This document shows, piece after piece, positions 47,017 through 57,586 of a stretch of DNA of 64,000 nt. The DNA is taken from positions 2,561 to 66,560 of the forward strand of contig JAHFFY010000004.1 in NCBI GenBank assembly GCA_023247705.1, given 5' to 3'. The notes under the pieces are model-generated. The model was not told the DNA's origin, ran no database searches, and worked only from the letters and a program-made list of their open reading frames with translations. Within the stretch, counting starts at the first letter, position 1. Every line of letters begins with the position of its first letter. Position numbers and translations under genes: made by a program. This DNA is from Candidatus Omnitrophota bacterium. GTDB lineage: Bacteria; Omnitrophota; Gorgyraeia; Zapsychrales; JAHFFX01.

Positions 47017-49156
47017 AAAATATAATTTCATTTTAAATTTATTTGAAAGAGGACAGCCCTTTTGTTACGTAGTGCTCCTCGTGATATTTATTTTGGTCAG
47101 GAGTCTCAATAGTTTTGCTCAGAGCGAAGATGCCGTCGAACTGAACGGTGATCAGATCGAGTTTATGCGGGAAACCAACAAGGTGATCGCCAAGGGCAAT
47201 GTCGTCATCATCAAAGGAAATGTGAAGTTGACCTGCGATAAAGTGGAGTTTGCCAAGGACACCAGCCTGGCCTCGGCCGAAGGACATGTGGTCTTGAGTT
47301 CTCCTCAGGGAACCATTTCTGGAGACAAGATGGTTTACAATTTTGATAAGATGACGGGTGATTTCATGGGGGCCCGGCTCGATTCGGATCCTTATTACGG
47401 CGCGGCCCAGAAAATGAGCAAGCTTGGCGAAAATCATATCCAGATGAGTAATGGATATTTAACCACTTGCGATCACGACAAACCTCATTTCCGATTTCTG
47501 TCCAGCAAACTGGATATTTATCCGGGAGAGAAGGCGGTGGCCAGGAATGTCCGTATGGTCGTCGGCAAGGTTCCGTTGATGTTTATCCCGCGTTTCAGTC
47601 AGGTGATCAATGATAAAAAGCCCAGAGTCATTTACACGCCCGGTTACGACAAGGACTGGGGGGCGTTTCTTTTGCAGAAATGGCGATATTATTTCAACGA
47701 AGATTTCAAAGGGACGATCCATCTCGATTATCGGGAACGGAAGGATTTTGCCTGGGGGATTGATACCGATTACAAACTCCGGAACATGGGTAGCGGTGTG
47801 ATCCGGACGTATTACATGAATGAACGCAACATCACCTCGAAACATTTTTATCAGCCCCGGCCGAGCCCAACGATCGAGAAGGAACGCTTTAAGGCCGAAT
47901 GGCGCCACAAATGGACGATCAACGATAAGACCGAAGCGATTTTGCAGTATTATAAATTGAGCGATCCCGGCATTCTGAAAGATTATTTTGAACGGGAGTA
48001 TGAAAAGGACCAAAATCCTGAAACGTTCTTTTTATTGACCCGTACCTTAACGAATGGAACGTTAAGTTTCCGCACCGACAAACGCGTGAACCGCTTTGTC
48101 TCAACGGTGGAACGCCTGCCGGAGATCCAGTACAATCTCCCGAGTCAGAAAATCGGGCCCACCAATTTTTATCTTAAGAACATCAATACTTTTTCCAACT
48201 TGAGTTTAAAAGCCCCTTCTCCCACGGAAGTCCGTAAAGAAACGATGCGGTTTGACACCGAGGACGAGATTTCGTATCCTTTTAAGGTCGGGTTCGTTGA
48301 GATGCGTCCTTTTGTCGCAGGACGGGAGACCTTTTACAGCAAGACTAAAGATCCGTCCCAGTATAATGTCGTGCGCGGTGTTTTCACGACCGGATCGGAT
48401 TTAAGCACGAAGTTTTATAAGATTTATGATGTGAAAAGAAAAATCATGGGGATCGAGATCAACCGGTTGCGGCACATTATTACTCCGTCGATCGCTTACA
48501 AATATCAAACAAACCCCACCATTTCTTCCGACCAGCTTGATAATTTTGACCGCATCGATACCATTTTACGCGATCACACGGTCGGGTTTTCTTTAGAAAA
48601 CAAATTGCAGACAAAACGGGATGGAAAGAATGTCGATCTTTTGCGCGGGATCTTAAGTTCTGATTTCCGTCTTAAGGAGTATCCGGGGGCCGGCGGGTTC
48701 GATCACGTTAAGACGGATATTGAATTTAAACCTGCGGATTGGTTGATTTTTTATTCCGATACGGATTATGATACGAATCAGGATCATTTGTCCTCGGCCA
48801 ATTTTGATTTGTATCTTAATGAAGGCGATAAATGGTCGTTTGGTTTAGGCAAACGTTATAACGTGGAAGTGGATGACCAGATCACCACTGATTTGAAATA
48901 TCGATTTAACCCGAAATGGGCGTTTCGCTTTTACCAGCGTTTTGATATCGACGGCGGGTTATTGAAGGAACAGGAATACACCTTAACCCGTGATTTGCAT
49001 GAGTGGGAAATGGATATCAACTTCAATCAAACGCGCGGCGAAGGCAGCGAGATATGGCTGGTTTTTAGATTAAAGGCCTTCCCGGATATGACGATTGATA
49101 TGGGATCAAGTTTCAATAAACGCAAAGCAGGTTCACAAAGTTCAGAAGGGAATTAA
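46988..49156 (+). CDS. lptD: LPS-assembly protein LptD
   Basis: OstA-like jellyroll, YLTTCD, ERLPE and C-terminal beta-barrel (RDLHEW). Confidence 0.85.
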   Translation: MNSFMSEFAKKYNFILNLFERGQPFCYVVLLVIFILVRSLNSFAQSEDAVELNGDQIEFMRETNKVIAKGNVVIIKGNVKLTCDKVEFAKDTSLASAEGHVVLSSPQGTISGDKMVYNFDKMTGDFMGARLDSDPYYGAAQKMSKLGENHIQMSNGYLTTCDHDKPHFRFLSSKLDIYPGEKAVARNVRMVVGKVPLMFIPRFSQVINDKKPRVIYTPGYDKDWGAFLLQKWRYYFNEDFKGTIHLDYRERKDFAWGIDTDYKLRNMGSGVIRTYYMNERNITSKHFYQPRPSPTIEKERFKAEWRHKWTINDKTEAILQYYKLSDPGILKDYFEREYEKDQNPETFFLLTRTLTNGTLSFRTDKRVNRFVSTVERLPEIQYNLPSQKIGPTNFYLKNINTFSNLSLKAPSPTEVRKETMRFDTEDEISYPFKVGFVEMRPFVAGRETFYSKTKDPSQYNVVRGVFTTGSDLSTKFYKIYDVKRKIMGIEINRLRHIITPSIAYKYQTNPTISSDQLDNFDRIDTILRDHTVGFSLENKLQTKRDGKNVDLLRGILSSDFRLKEYPGAGGFDHVKTDIEFKPADWLIFYSDTDYDTNQDHLSSANFDLYLNEGDKWSFGLGKRYNVEVDDQITTDLKYRFNPKWAFRFYQRFDIDGGLLKEQEYTLTRDLHEWEMDINFNQTRGEGSEIWLVFRLKAFPDMTIDMGSSFNKRKAGSQSSEGN

Positions 49157-49158
49157 AC

Positions 49159-50481
49159 ATGAACATTTCAATTGTTGGATCAGGATATGTGGGACTGGTG
49201 ACAGGGGTATGTCTGGCTCATATCGGTCATCGGATTATTTGTGTGGATAATGATCCGGAAAAAATTAAAAGATTGAAAAGAGGGGAAATTCCGATTTTTG
49301 AGCCGGAATTGGAAGGGCTGCTCAAACGATATTTTAAACTTAAAAAACTTTCTTTTACGGTCTCGATCAAAGAGGCAACGCAAAAGACGGATGTTATTTT
49401 CATCGCGGTGGGAACTCCGTCCAAGAAAAACGGCGACGCCGATTTAACCTTTGTTGAAAATGTCGCCCGCGAGATCGCCGTGAATATGAATTCTTATAAG
49501 CTGGTCGTGGAAAAATCGACTGTTCCAACGGCGACCGGGATGCGCGTCCAGCGGACGATCGCGCTCAATCTCCCCAAAAAATTCCAATCGAATAAAAAGA
49601 AAACGATCGCGTTCGATGTCGCCTCCAATCCGGAATTCTTAAGAGAAGGGTCTGCGGTCCATGATTTCATGAATCCGGACCGTATCGTCATTGGGGTGGA
49701 ATCAAAGAAAGCGGAAGATTTATTGCGCGAGATTTATAAACCATTGAAAGCGCCGATCGTTGTGACGAACATCAATTCCGCCGAGATGATCAAGCACGCT
49801 TCGAATTCTTTTCTGGCCACGAAGATTTCATTTATCAATGCGATCGCCCAGGTCTGTGACCGGGTCGGGGCGGATGTTCTGAAGGTGGCGGAAGGGATGG
49901 GGTTTGATAAACGGATTGGACGCAATTTCCTCGATGCCGGGATCGGATATGGGGGAAGCTGCTTTCCTAAAGATGTCGATGCTTTTATCTCTTTAAGTGA
50001 ACGCAGCGGATATGATTTTGCCTTGCTTAAGGCCGTGCGGAATATCAATGAACATCAAAAAAGATCATTTGTCAGATTGATCGAAGATAAATTATGGATC
50101 ATCAAGAATAAAACCATTGGAATTCTGGGGGTCGCGTTTAAACCGAATACGGACGATATGCGCAATGCTCCATCGATCGACATCATCCAGCATTTGCAAA
50201 GCGAAGGCGCGACGATCAAGGCCTATGATCCGCAAGCGGTTGAAAAGGCCAAGCCCTGCTTACCGGGGGTACAATTTTGTAAAGATGTTTTTTCGACCGT
50301 TTCCGATTGCGATTGCCTTTTACTTTTAACGCAATGGGATGAATTCAAAAAGGTCGACTTCAAGAAAGTCAAGCAAGTGATGCGCCAAACCATCATTTTT
50401 GACGGCCGCAATTTTTTTGAAAAGGAAAAATTGGAAGCACTGGGTTTTGAATATTTTGGCATCGGCCGAGGGAAGTTATGA
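49159..50481 (+). CDS. ugd: UDP-glucose 6-dehydrogenase
   Basis: GSGYVG, KSTVP, SNPEFLREG and GYGGSCFPKD motifs. Confidence 0.95.
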   Translation: MNISIVGSGYVGLVTGVCLAHIGHRIICVDNDPEKIKRLKRGEIPIFEPELEGLLKRYFKLKKLSFTVSIKEATQKTDVIFIAVGTPSKKNGDADLTFVENVAREIAVNMNSYKLVVEKSTVPTATGMRVQRTIALNLPKKFQSNKKKTIAFDVASNPEFLREGSAVHDFMNPDRIVIGVESKKAEDLLREIYKPLKAPIVVTNINSAEMIKHASNSFLATKISFINAIAQVCDRVGADVLKVAEGMGFDKRIGRNFLDAGIGYGGSCFPKDVDAFISLSERSGYDFALLKAVRNINEHQKRSFVRLIEDKLWIIKNKTIGILGVAFKPNTDDMRNAPSIDIIQHLQSEGATIKAYDPQAVEKAKPCLPGVQFCKDVFSTVSDCDCLLLLTQWDEFKKVDFKKVKQVMRQTIIFDGRNFFEKEKLEALGFEYFGIGRGKL

Positions 50482-50927
50482 TCGCTGGCGTCAAAGTGAA
50501 AACGTTGAAAATTATCCCAGATGATCGCGGCAAATTAATGGAGATGTTGCGTTGCGATGACGAGATGTTTCAAGAGTTTGGTCAGGTTTATTTTACGACG
50601 GCATTGCCGGGGGTCGTGAAGGCCTGGCATTATCATCAGTTTCAGGCCGATAATTTTGTTTGTGTCGCCGGCCGGATCAAACTTGCACTTTATGATGCGC
50701 GGGAAACCTCAACAACCAAAGGGGAGGCTAATGAGTTTTATTTGAGTTTGAAGGAACCGAAACTCGTGCATATCCCTAAAATGGTTTATCACGGTTTCAA
50801 ATGTGTCGGCAAAGACGAAGCCATGGTGATCAATATCATCACCAAACCTTATAACTATAAAAATCCGGATGAGTTGCGAATCGATGCGGATGATAAAACC
50901 ATCGGGTTTGATTGGAGCAAAGATTAA
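50478..50927 (+). CDS. rfbC: dTDP-4-dehydrorhamnose 3,5-epimerase family cupin
   Basis: DDRG, VKAWHYH and VYHGF motifs. Confidence 0.85.
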   Translation: MIAGVKVKTLKIIPDDRGKLMEMLRCDDEMFQEFGQVYFTTALPGVVKAWHYHQFQADNFVCVAGRIKLALYDARETSTTKGEANEFYLSLKEPKLVHIPKMVYHGFKCVGKDEAMVINIITKPYNYKNPDELRIDADDKTIGFDWSKD

Positions 50928-50930
50928 AAC

Positions 50931-51662
50931 ATGAAAGGCGTTGTGTTAGCGGGTGGATTAGGAAAAAGACTTGAACCTCTGACGAGGGTCACGAATAAAC
51001 ATCTCTTGCCGGTTTATAACCAGCCGATGATTTATTATCCGGTGAAAACTTTGATCTCGGCAGGGATCAGGGAGATCTTAATTGTCACCGGAGGGAATAA
51101 CGCCGGAGATTTTTTGCGATTGCTCGGCAACGGCGAAGATTTCGGGATCAAGGCCATTCAGTATGTTTATCAAAAGGGCGAACGAGGTATTGCCGACGCA
51201 CTGAAACTCGCCGAGAATTTTGTGGGCCGGGAGAAATTTATCGTTATCTTGGGCGATAATGTTTTGGATCAATCGATTAAACCATACGCGGATCAATTCA
51301 ACCGGCAGAACGAGGGGGCGCGCATCTTGATCAAGAAAGTCCCCAATCCGGAGCGATTCGGCGTCGTTCAACTTAAAGACAAAAAGATCATTTCGATCGT
51401 TGAAAAACCCAAACGTCCTTTATCGGATTATATTGTCACCGGCGTCTACATGTATGATCACCAAGTATTTGATTTCATCCGGCAGTTGAAACCATCGGCC
51501 CGGGGCGAGTTTGAGATTACGGATGTCAACAATATGTATCTGGAAAAGCATCAGCTTCATTATAACGTTCTTAAAGGAAGCTGGACAGACTGCGGAATTT
51601 TCGATTCCTTGTATCGGGCCAATGTGATTATGGCTAAACAGCATTTTGGTGAAAATGGTTAA
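50931..51662 (+). CDS. rfbA: Glucose-1-phosphate thymidylyltransferase (short form)
   Basis: LAGGLGKRLEPLT, NKHLLPVY, EKP and SARGEFEITD motifs. Confidence 0.88.
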   Translation: MKGVVLAGGLGKRLEPLTRVTNKHLLPVYNQPMIYYPVKTLISAGIREILIVTGGNNAGDFLRLLGNGEDFGIKAIQYVYQKGERGIADALKLAENFVGREKFIVILGDNVLDQSIKPYADQFNRQNEGARILIKKVPNPERFGVVQLKDKKIISIVEKPKRPLSDYIVTGVYMYDHQVFDFIRQLKPSARGEFEITDVNNMYLEKHQLHYNVLKGSWTDCGIFDSLYRANVIMAKQHFGENG

Positions 51663-51693
51663 ATTTTTTGAACTTAATTAAAAATAATTGAAA

Positions 51694-52650
51694 ATGAAAA
51701 TTTTGATAACGGGCGGCGCGGGGTTTATTGGTTCGAATTTTATACGTTATATCATCAAGAAATATAGAAGTTATCAAATCATTAATCTTGATAAATTGAC
51801 CTATGCCGGGTGCAGAAATAACCTGAAAAAAGTCGCCCGGCATAAAAATTATGAATTTGTAAAAGCGGATATTTGTCATGATGGAGTTGTTGAAAAATTA
51901 ACTGCCCGGTGTGACGCGATCGTTCATTTTGCGGCGGAAACTCATGTGGACCGTTCCATCAAAGACGGTAGCGAGTTTGTCCGCACGAATGTTCTGGGAA
52001 CGCATACCCTTTTGCAGGCGGCGTTGAAAGCACGGGTGAAACGGTTTGTGCATATCAGCACGGACGAGGTTTATGGGAGCCGGATAACAGGGGCTTTTAA
52101 AGAAGACGATCCCCTGAATCCCAGCAGCCCTTATTCGGCGAGTAAAGCAGGTTCTGATCTCTTGGCGCTTTCATTTTTTGTCACGCACCATTTACCGGTG
52201 ATGGTGACACGAAGTTCGAATAATTTCGGTCCTTATCAATATCCTGAAAAAGTGATTCCGCTATTTGTGACAAATTTGATTCAGAACAAGAAGGTGCCGC
52301 TATACGCCAAAGGGGAAAACATCCGCGATTGGATTTTTGTCGAAGATCATTGCCGGGGGATTGATTTGGTTCTCCATAAGGGATCGCCGGGAGAAATTTA
52401 TAATATCGGCGGTGACAATTATTTGACGAACCTGGCTTTAACCCGAACTATTTTAAACAGGATGGGAAAAACCGAGGCCATGATCCAGCGTGTCAAAGAC
52501 CGTCCGGGTCATGACTTTCGTTATGCGATCGATTGCGCGAAGATCAAACGATTGGGGTTTTTGACACAGCAGCCTTTTGAAGAGGCCTTGGCATTGACGA
52601 TTGATTGGTATAAAAAGAATGCAAGTTGGTGGCAAAAGTTGAAGGGATAG
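51694..52650 (+). CDS. rfbB: dTDP-glucose 4,6-dehydratase
   Basis: GGAGFIG, AAETHVDRS, STDEVYG, YSASK and DRPGHD motifs. Confidence 0.95.
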   Translation: MKILITGGAGFIGSNFIRYIIKKYRSYQIINLDKLTYAGCRNNLKKVARHKNYEFVKADICHDGVVEKLTARCDAIVHFAAETHVDRSIKDGSEFVRTNVLGTHTLLQAALKARVKRFVHISTDEVYGSRITGAFKEDDPLNPSSPYSASKAGSDLLALSFFVTHHLPVMVTRSSNNFGPYQYPEKVIPLFVTNLIQNKKVPLYAKGENIRDWIFVEDHCRGIDLVLHKGSPGEIYNIGGDNYLTNLALTRTILNRMGKTEAMIQRVKDRPGHDFRYAIDCAKIKRLGFLTQQPFEEALALTIDWYKKNASWWQKLKG

Positions 52651-52681
52651 ATGGGCGTCATAAAAAATAAGCGAGGTTTCC

Positions 52682-53983
52682 ATGTCCAATATCTTGAGAA
52701 ATAAGATTCAGCAAAATAAAGCCAGAATTGCCGTCGTGGGGTTAGGTTATGTCGGATTGCCTCTGGCCTTGAGTTTCGCCAAAAAGGGTTTTCCGGTGAC
52801 CGGGCTGGATAAAGACACGGACCGCGTCAAGAAAGTCAATCGATGCGAAAGCTATATCCTGGATGTCTCAACCGCTGAACTGGCTTCTGCGGTCAGAAAT
52901 AAACGGTTGAGCGCTTCAACGGATTTTACAGCGCTCGGCCATATGGATGTCATCATCATTTGCGTCCCGACGCCATTGAAGCGCAAATACACCCCGGATA
53001 TTTCATATATTCTCAGCGCCGTCAAAACCATCAGGGGCTTTCTTAAGAAAAACACCCTGATCGTTCTGGAAAGCACGACCTATCCCGGTACGACGCGCGA
53101 GTTGATTAAACCGCATCTGGAATCAAGCGGTTTAAAAGCGGGCAAAGATTTTTATCTTTCGTTTTCTCCGGAACGGATCGATCCCGGGAACAAACATTAT
53201 GATGTCACCCGGATCCCGAAGGTCGTGGGAGGATTGACTCAGGTCGATGGGGAACTGACCAAATTGCTTTACGGGAAAGTCATCAAGACGGTTCATATGG
53301 TTTCTTCCGCTGAAGCGGCTGAAATGACCAAACTGCTGGAGAATTCGTTTCGGATCATCAATATCGGATGGATCAACGAAGTGGCGATGATGTGTCATAA
53401 AATGGGTATTAATGTTTGGGAAGTCATTGAAGCGGCCAAGACCAAGCCGTTTGGTTTTATGCCGTTTTATCCCGGTTTGGGTGTCGGCGGTCATTGTATT
53501 CCCGACGATCCGCTTTATTTGTACTGGAAGGCCAAACATCACGGTTTCCATTCGAAATTCATCAAACTCTCCGCTGATATCAACGCCAACATGCCGCAGT
53601 ACGCGGTTGAACGTCTGGCCGAGATTCTTAAAAGAAAAAAGAAGGGACTCACAAAATCAAAAGTTTTGGTGATTGGCGTAACCTATAAAAAAGATGTCAA
53701 GGATCTTCGTAAATCGCCTTCGCTTAAGTTAATCGAACTGCTTCAAAAGGCAAAATGCGCCGTGAGTTATTTCGATCCGATCATTCCTTATCTGAATATT
53801 GAATCGATCCATATGAAATCGATTATATTAAGCAAGGAAAACGTTTCCATGTTTGATTGTGTCATCATTGCCACCGATCATACGCGTGTTGATTATACGT
53901 TGATTTTGAAACATGCGGCATTGATCTTTGATATTCGTGACAAATATAAAAACACATTGAATGAAAAGGTCGTAAGATTGTAG
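52682..53983 (+). CDS. UDP-N-acetylhexosamine 6-dehydrogenase (WbpA/WecC-like)
   Basis: GLGYVGLP, ESTTYPG, SPERIDPG and GVGGHCIP motifs. Confidence 0.92.
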   Translation: MSNILRNKIQQNKARIAVVGLGYVGLPLALSFAKKGFPVTGLDKDTDRVKKVNRCESYILDVSTAELASAVRNKRLSASTDFTALGHMDVIIICVPTPLKRKYTPDISYILSAVKTIRGFLKKNTLIVLESTTYPGTTRELIKPHLESSGLKAGKDFYLSFSPERIDPGNKHYDVTRIPKVVGGLTQVDGELTKLLYGKVIKTVHMVSSAEAAEMTKLLENSFRIINIGWINEVAMMCHKMGINVWEVIEAAKTKPFGFMPFYPGLGVGGHCIPDDPLYLYWKAKHHGFHSKFIKLSADINANMPQYAVERLAEILKRKKKGLTKSKVLVIGVTYKKDVKDLRKSPSLKLIELLQKAKCAVSYFDPIIPYLNIESIHMKSIILSKENVSMFDCVIIATDHTRVDYTLILKHAALIFDIRDKYKNTLNEKVVRL

Positions 53984-54041
53984 CCAATGAACCGAATCGG
54001 CAAATTTAAAAATGTAGACAAAAATTTGGAAAGGAAATGGT

Positions 54042-54989
54042 ATGCCCCAACGTAAGAAAGTCGCGTTAATTACCGGCGGTGCTGGTTTTCTGGGCAGTCA
54101 TCTTTGCGATCAATTGATTGAAAGGGAATTTAAAGTATTGTGTGTTGATAATTTTATTACCGGCAATATAAAAAATGTTAAACATCTTTTAAAATACAAA
54201 AATTTCGAATTGATCAAACATGATATCTCAAACGAGATTAAAGTCCCCGGAAGCATTGATTACGTGTTGCATTTTGCTTCTCCCGCTAGTCCCGTCGATT
54301 ATTTGAACTATCCGATCCAAACCTTGAAAGTCGGTTCCCGCGGGACGCATCATTCTTTAGGTCTGGCGAAAATTAAAAAAGCGGTGTTCTTTTTGGCGTC
54401 GACTTCGGAGTGTTACGGCGATCCGCAAGAACATCCGCAGAAAGAAACGTATTGGGGGCATGTCAACCCGATCGGCCCGCGCGGCGTTTACGATGAGGCC
54501 AAACGTTTTGCGGAAGCCATGACCATGGCCTATCATCGGGTTCACAAAATCGATACGAAGATCATTCGGATTTTTAATACCTACGGTCCACGGATGCGCG
54601 TCAAGGACGGCCGGGTCGTTCCGAATTTTATCTATCAGGCGTTGCATCATGAACCGTTGACTGTTTTTGGAGATGGAAAACAAACGCGGTCATTTTGTTT
54701 TTATAGCGATTTGATTGATGGGATTCTTAAATTGCTTTTTTCCGGAATCCACGGCCCGGTCAATGTCGGAAACCCGGGAGAGTTTACCATCCTAGAATTC
54801 GCCCAACTGGTCATCAAACTTTCGGGGACAGAAAGTAAGATTGTCTATAATCCATTGCCTGTCGATGATCCTAAACAACGGCGGCCCGACATCACTTTGG
54901 CCCGGGAAGCATTAAACTGGGAACCCAATGTCAAGTTAGAAGATGGCTTGAAACAAACGATTGCTTGGTTTAAAGAGCATCCTCGCTGA
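54042..54989 (+). CDS. UDP-glucuronate decarboxylase (UDP-xylose synthase family)
   Basis: [29 protein letters not shown] and DDPKQRRPD motifs. Confidence 0.93.
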   Translation: MPQRKKVALITGGAGFLGSHLCDQLIEREFKVLCVDNFITGNIKNVKHLLKYKNFELIKHDISNEIKVPGSIDYVLHFASPASPVDYLNYPIQTLKVGSRGTHHSLGLAKIKKAVFFLASTSECYGDPQEHPQKETYWGHVNPIGPRGVYDEAKRFAEAMTMAYHRVHKIDTKIIRIFNTYGPRMRVKDGRVVPNFIYQALHHEPLTVFGDGKQTRSFCFYSDLIDGILKLLFSGIHGPVNVGNPGEFTILEFAQLVIKLSGTESKIVYNPLPVDDPKQRRPDITLAREALNWEPNVKLEDGLKQTIAWFKEHPR

Positions 54990-55011
54990 TTGCCAGAGTT
55001 CTTAATAAAAT

Positions 55012-56844
55012 ATGCCGTCCGTAAAATCAACGTTTATTTTAGGGATTTCCGCTTTTTATCATGACAGCGCCGCTTGCCTTGTCAAAGACGGCGTGATTTT
55101 CGCCGCCGCGCAGGAAGAGCGGTTTACCCGCAAAAAGCACGACGCAAATTTCCCGGTTTATTCCATTCGTTTTTGTTTGAAAGAAGCCGGCATCACCATG
55201 GACGATGTCCGGTATGTCGCTTTTTATGACAAGCCATTCTTAAAATTCGAGAGATTGTTAATGACTTATCTTGCCTATGCCCCGATGGGCATACGATCGT
55301 TTTTGAAGGCCATGCCGATGTGGTTGAAAGACAAAATATTTCTTAAAGATTTGATCGCTAAGGAACTCGATTTTAAAGGAGAGATCCTTTTTACCGAGCA
55401 TCATGAATCGCACGCGGCTTCGGCGTTTTATCCGTCGCCTTTTAAGGAGGCCGCGATCCTGACGATGGACGGCGTCGGAGAATGGGCCACGACCAGTATC
55501 GGAATCGGGACAGGAAATCAAATCGAATTATTTGCTGATATCCAGTTTCCCCATTCGCTGGGATTATTGTATTCGGCGTTTACTTATTATGTCGGATTCC
55601 GTGTGAACTCCGGAGAATACAAGTTGATGGGGCTGGCACCGTATGGCACATCGGTTTACGTTGATCTGATCAAGAAAAACCTGGTGGATATCAAGGAAGA
55701 CGGATCATTCAAACTCAATATGAAATATTTCAACTATTGCGCCGGTCTGACCATGACCAACGAATGGTTTCACGATCTTTTCGGAGGCGATCCTAGAAAA
55801 CCGGAGAGTAAAATTACTCAAAAAGATATGGACATCGCACGTTCGATCCAGGATGTGACCGAAGAGATCATGCTCAACATGGCCAAACACGTTTACAAGA
55901 CAACGGGCAAAGAGTATTTATGTCTGGCGGGCGGCGTCGCTTTGAACTGTGTCGGGAACGGAAAAATCCTCGAGCAGACCAAATTTAAGAATATCTGGAT
56001 CCAGCCGGCTGCCGGCGACGCGGGCGGGGCTTTAGGCGCGGCTTTGTTTATTTGGTACCGGTATTTAAATAATCCGAGGAAAGTAGACGGAGTGAACGAT
56101 TTGCAGCGCGGCTCGTTTCTGGGGCCGGCGTATGATGATGAATATATCGAATCTGTTTTAAACGAAAAAGGCGCTGTTTTTGAAAAGCTGGACTCCCAAT
56201 ATCTGTTTGCGCGGATCGCGAAATTAATGATTGATGAGAAAGTCGTTGGACTGGTTCAGGGGCGCATGGAATTTGGTCCGCGTGCCTTGGGCGGGCGCAG
56301 TATCCTCGCAGACGCCCGGTCCGAGAAAATGCAATCGGTCTTAAACTTGAAAATAAAATTCCGGGAATCCTTCCGTCCTTTTGCCCCGAGTGTTCTTGAA
56401 GAGAAGGCCAAAGATTTTTTTGAATTGAAAACAGAAAGCCCGTACATGCTGGTTGTGGCCCAGATGAGAGAAGAAAAAATCAATCCGGCCTCGCGGAATC
56501 ATCCCGCACAGGGCATCGATCAATTGAAGGTGATCCGCTCGGTTGTTCCGGCGATCACGCATGTCGATTATTCGGCGCGGGTCCAGACGGTGGCGAAAGA
56601 CATCAATCCCTATTTTTATGGCGTCATCAAGACCTTTTACGATTTGACCGGATGTCCGGTCATCATAAACACCTCATTTAACATCCGCGGAGAACCGATT
56701 GTCTGCAGCCCGCAGGACGCGTATCGCTGCTTTATGTGCACCGAGATGGATTATCTGGTGATCGAGCATTATCTCTTGAGCAAGGAGAAACAACTGAACA
56801 AACATTTGTACAAAAAAGAAACGATCTCCCAGGAATTGGATTAA
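55012..56844 (+). CDS. O-carbamoyltransferase (NodU/CmcH/SxtI family)
   Basis: HDSAA, EERFTRKKH, HHESHAASA, MEFGPRALG and NTSFN motifs. Confidence 0.95.
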   Translation: MPSVKSTFILGISAFYHDSAACLVKDGVIFAAAQEERFTRKKHDANFPVYSIRFCLKEAGITMDDVRYVAFYDKPFLKFERLLMTYLAYAPMGIRSFLKAMPMWLKDKIFLKDLIAKELDFKGEILFTEHHESHAASAFYPSPFKEAAILTMDGVGEWATTSIGIGTGNQIELFADIQFPHSLGLLYSAFTYYVGFRVNSGEYKLMGLAPYGTSVYVDLIKKNLVDIKEDGSFKLNMKYFNYCAGLTMTNEWFHDLFGGDPRKPESKITQKDMDIARSIQDVTEEIMLNMAKHVYKTTGKEYLCLAGGVALNCVGNGKILEQTKFKNIWIQPAAGDAGGALGAALFIWYRYLNNPRKVDGVNDLQRGSFLGPAYDDEYIESVLNEKGAVFEKLDSQYLFARIAKLMIDEKVVGLVQGRMEFGPRALGGRSILADARSEKMQSVLNLKIKFRESFRPFAPSVLEEKAKDFFELKTESPYMLVVAQMREEKINPASRNHPAQGIDQLKVIRSVVPAITHVDYSARVQTVAKDINPYFYGVIKTFYDLTGCPVIINTSFNIRGEPIVCSPQDAYRCFMCTEMDYLVIEHYLLSKEKQLNKHLYKKETISQELD

Positions 56845-57242
56845 TGGATCAGGAACGAAAAAAACTTTTGGTGTTTGGATACGGGCTGTGCGTGATCTTG
56901 AGCATGATCAGCATCCGTTTAGGATTTAAACACGGTTTTCACCTCTCCAATTTTGTCCTCTTGGGTGTCGCCGGTTGTATTTTATTTTTGACGCTCTTTC
57001 AATTAAAATATCTGGCGGTCATTTATAAACACTGGATGAAGGTCGCGCATGTGATTGGATCAATTGTGACTGCGGTCATTTTGACGTTGACATTTTTTTG
57101 TTTGTTCGGGTCAATTGGCCTGATTTTGCGGCTCTTGAAGAAAGATCTGCTTAATCAAAAAATCGATCCGCAGGCCCAAACGTACTGGCATCTGCGGGAA
57201 ACACGCGTTTTTGACAAGACAAATTATTCCAGACAATTTTAG
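56844..57242 (+). CDS. SxtJ family membrane protein
   Basis: ATG at 56844 in a TAATG overlap; several TM helices; W...YSRQF end. Confidence 0.8.
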   Translation: MDQERKKLLVFGYGLCVILSMISIRLGFKHGFHLSNFVLLGVAGCILFLTLFQLKYLAVIYKHWMKVAHVIGSIVTAVILTLTFFCLFGSIGLILRLLKKDLLNQKIDPQAQTYWHLRETRVFDKTNYSRQF

Positions 57243-57297
57243 ACTGAGTTTTACTGGTATAACAATCGAGTCGTTTATTGAAGGAGGAGAGAACCCC

Positions 57298-57456
57298 ATG
57301 TCGAAGCTGTCGATCCTGAAAGAGTTTTGGGATTTTCTGAAAGTTAGAAAAAGATTTTGGCTGGCCCCGATTATCATTGTTCTGGTTTTGTTGAGTCTGC
57401 TGATCTTTTTCGCCCAGTCGTCCAGCATCGCTCCGTTTATTTACACGCTGTTTTAG
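57298..57456 (+). CDS. SxtK/DUF5989 family small membrane protein
   Basis: EFWDFLKVRKRFWLAP...APFIYTLF; AGGAGG RBS. Confidence 0.88.
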   Translation: MSKLSILKEFWDFLKVRKRFWLAPIIIVLVLLSLLIFFAQSSSIAPFIYTLF

Positions 57457-57586
57457 TCTGAAACGCAAGACGATCATATGCCGTAGAGCGATGTTCAGGA
57501 TTTCACAAGAATCGAGTTGAACTGGGAATTATTATTGATATACTATTAGCCATATTTAGCAAATCTGATTATTAAAAACAATAATT

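Noticed and set aside
56736-57297. Longer starts given in the ORF track for the SxtJ-like (56736) and SxtK-like (57211) genes
   Set aside because: The extensions overlap upstream genes; the coupled or RBS-supported ATGs at 56844 and 57298 fit better.
55012-57456. Saxitoxin biosynthesis
   Set aside because: No sxtA, sxtG or other core genes; the context is nucleotide-sugar metabolism.
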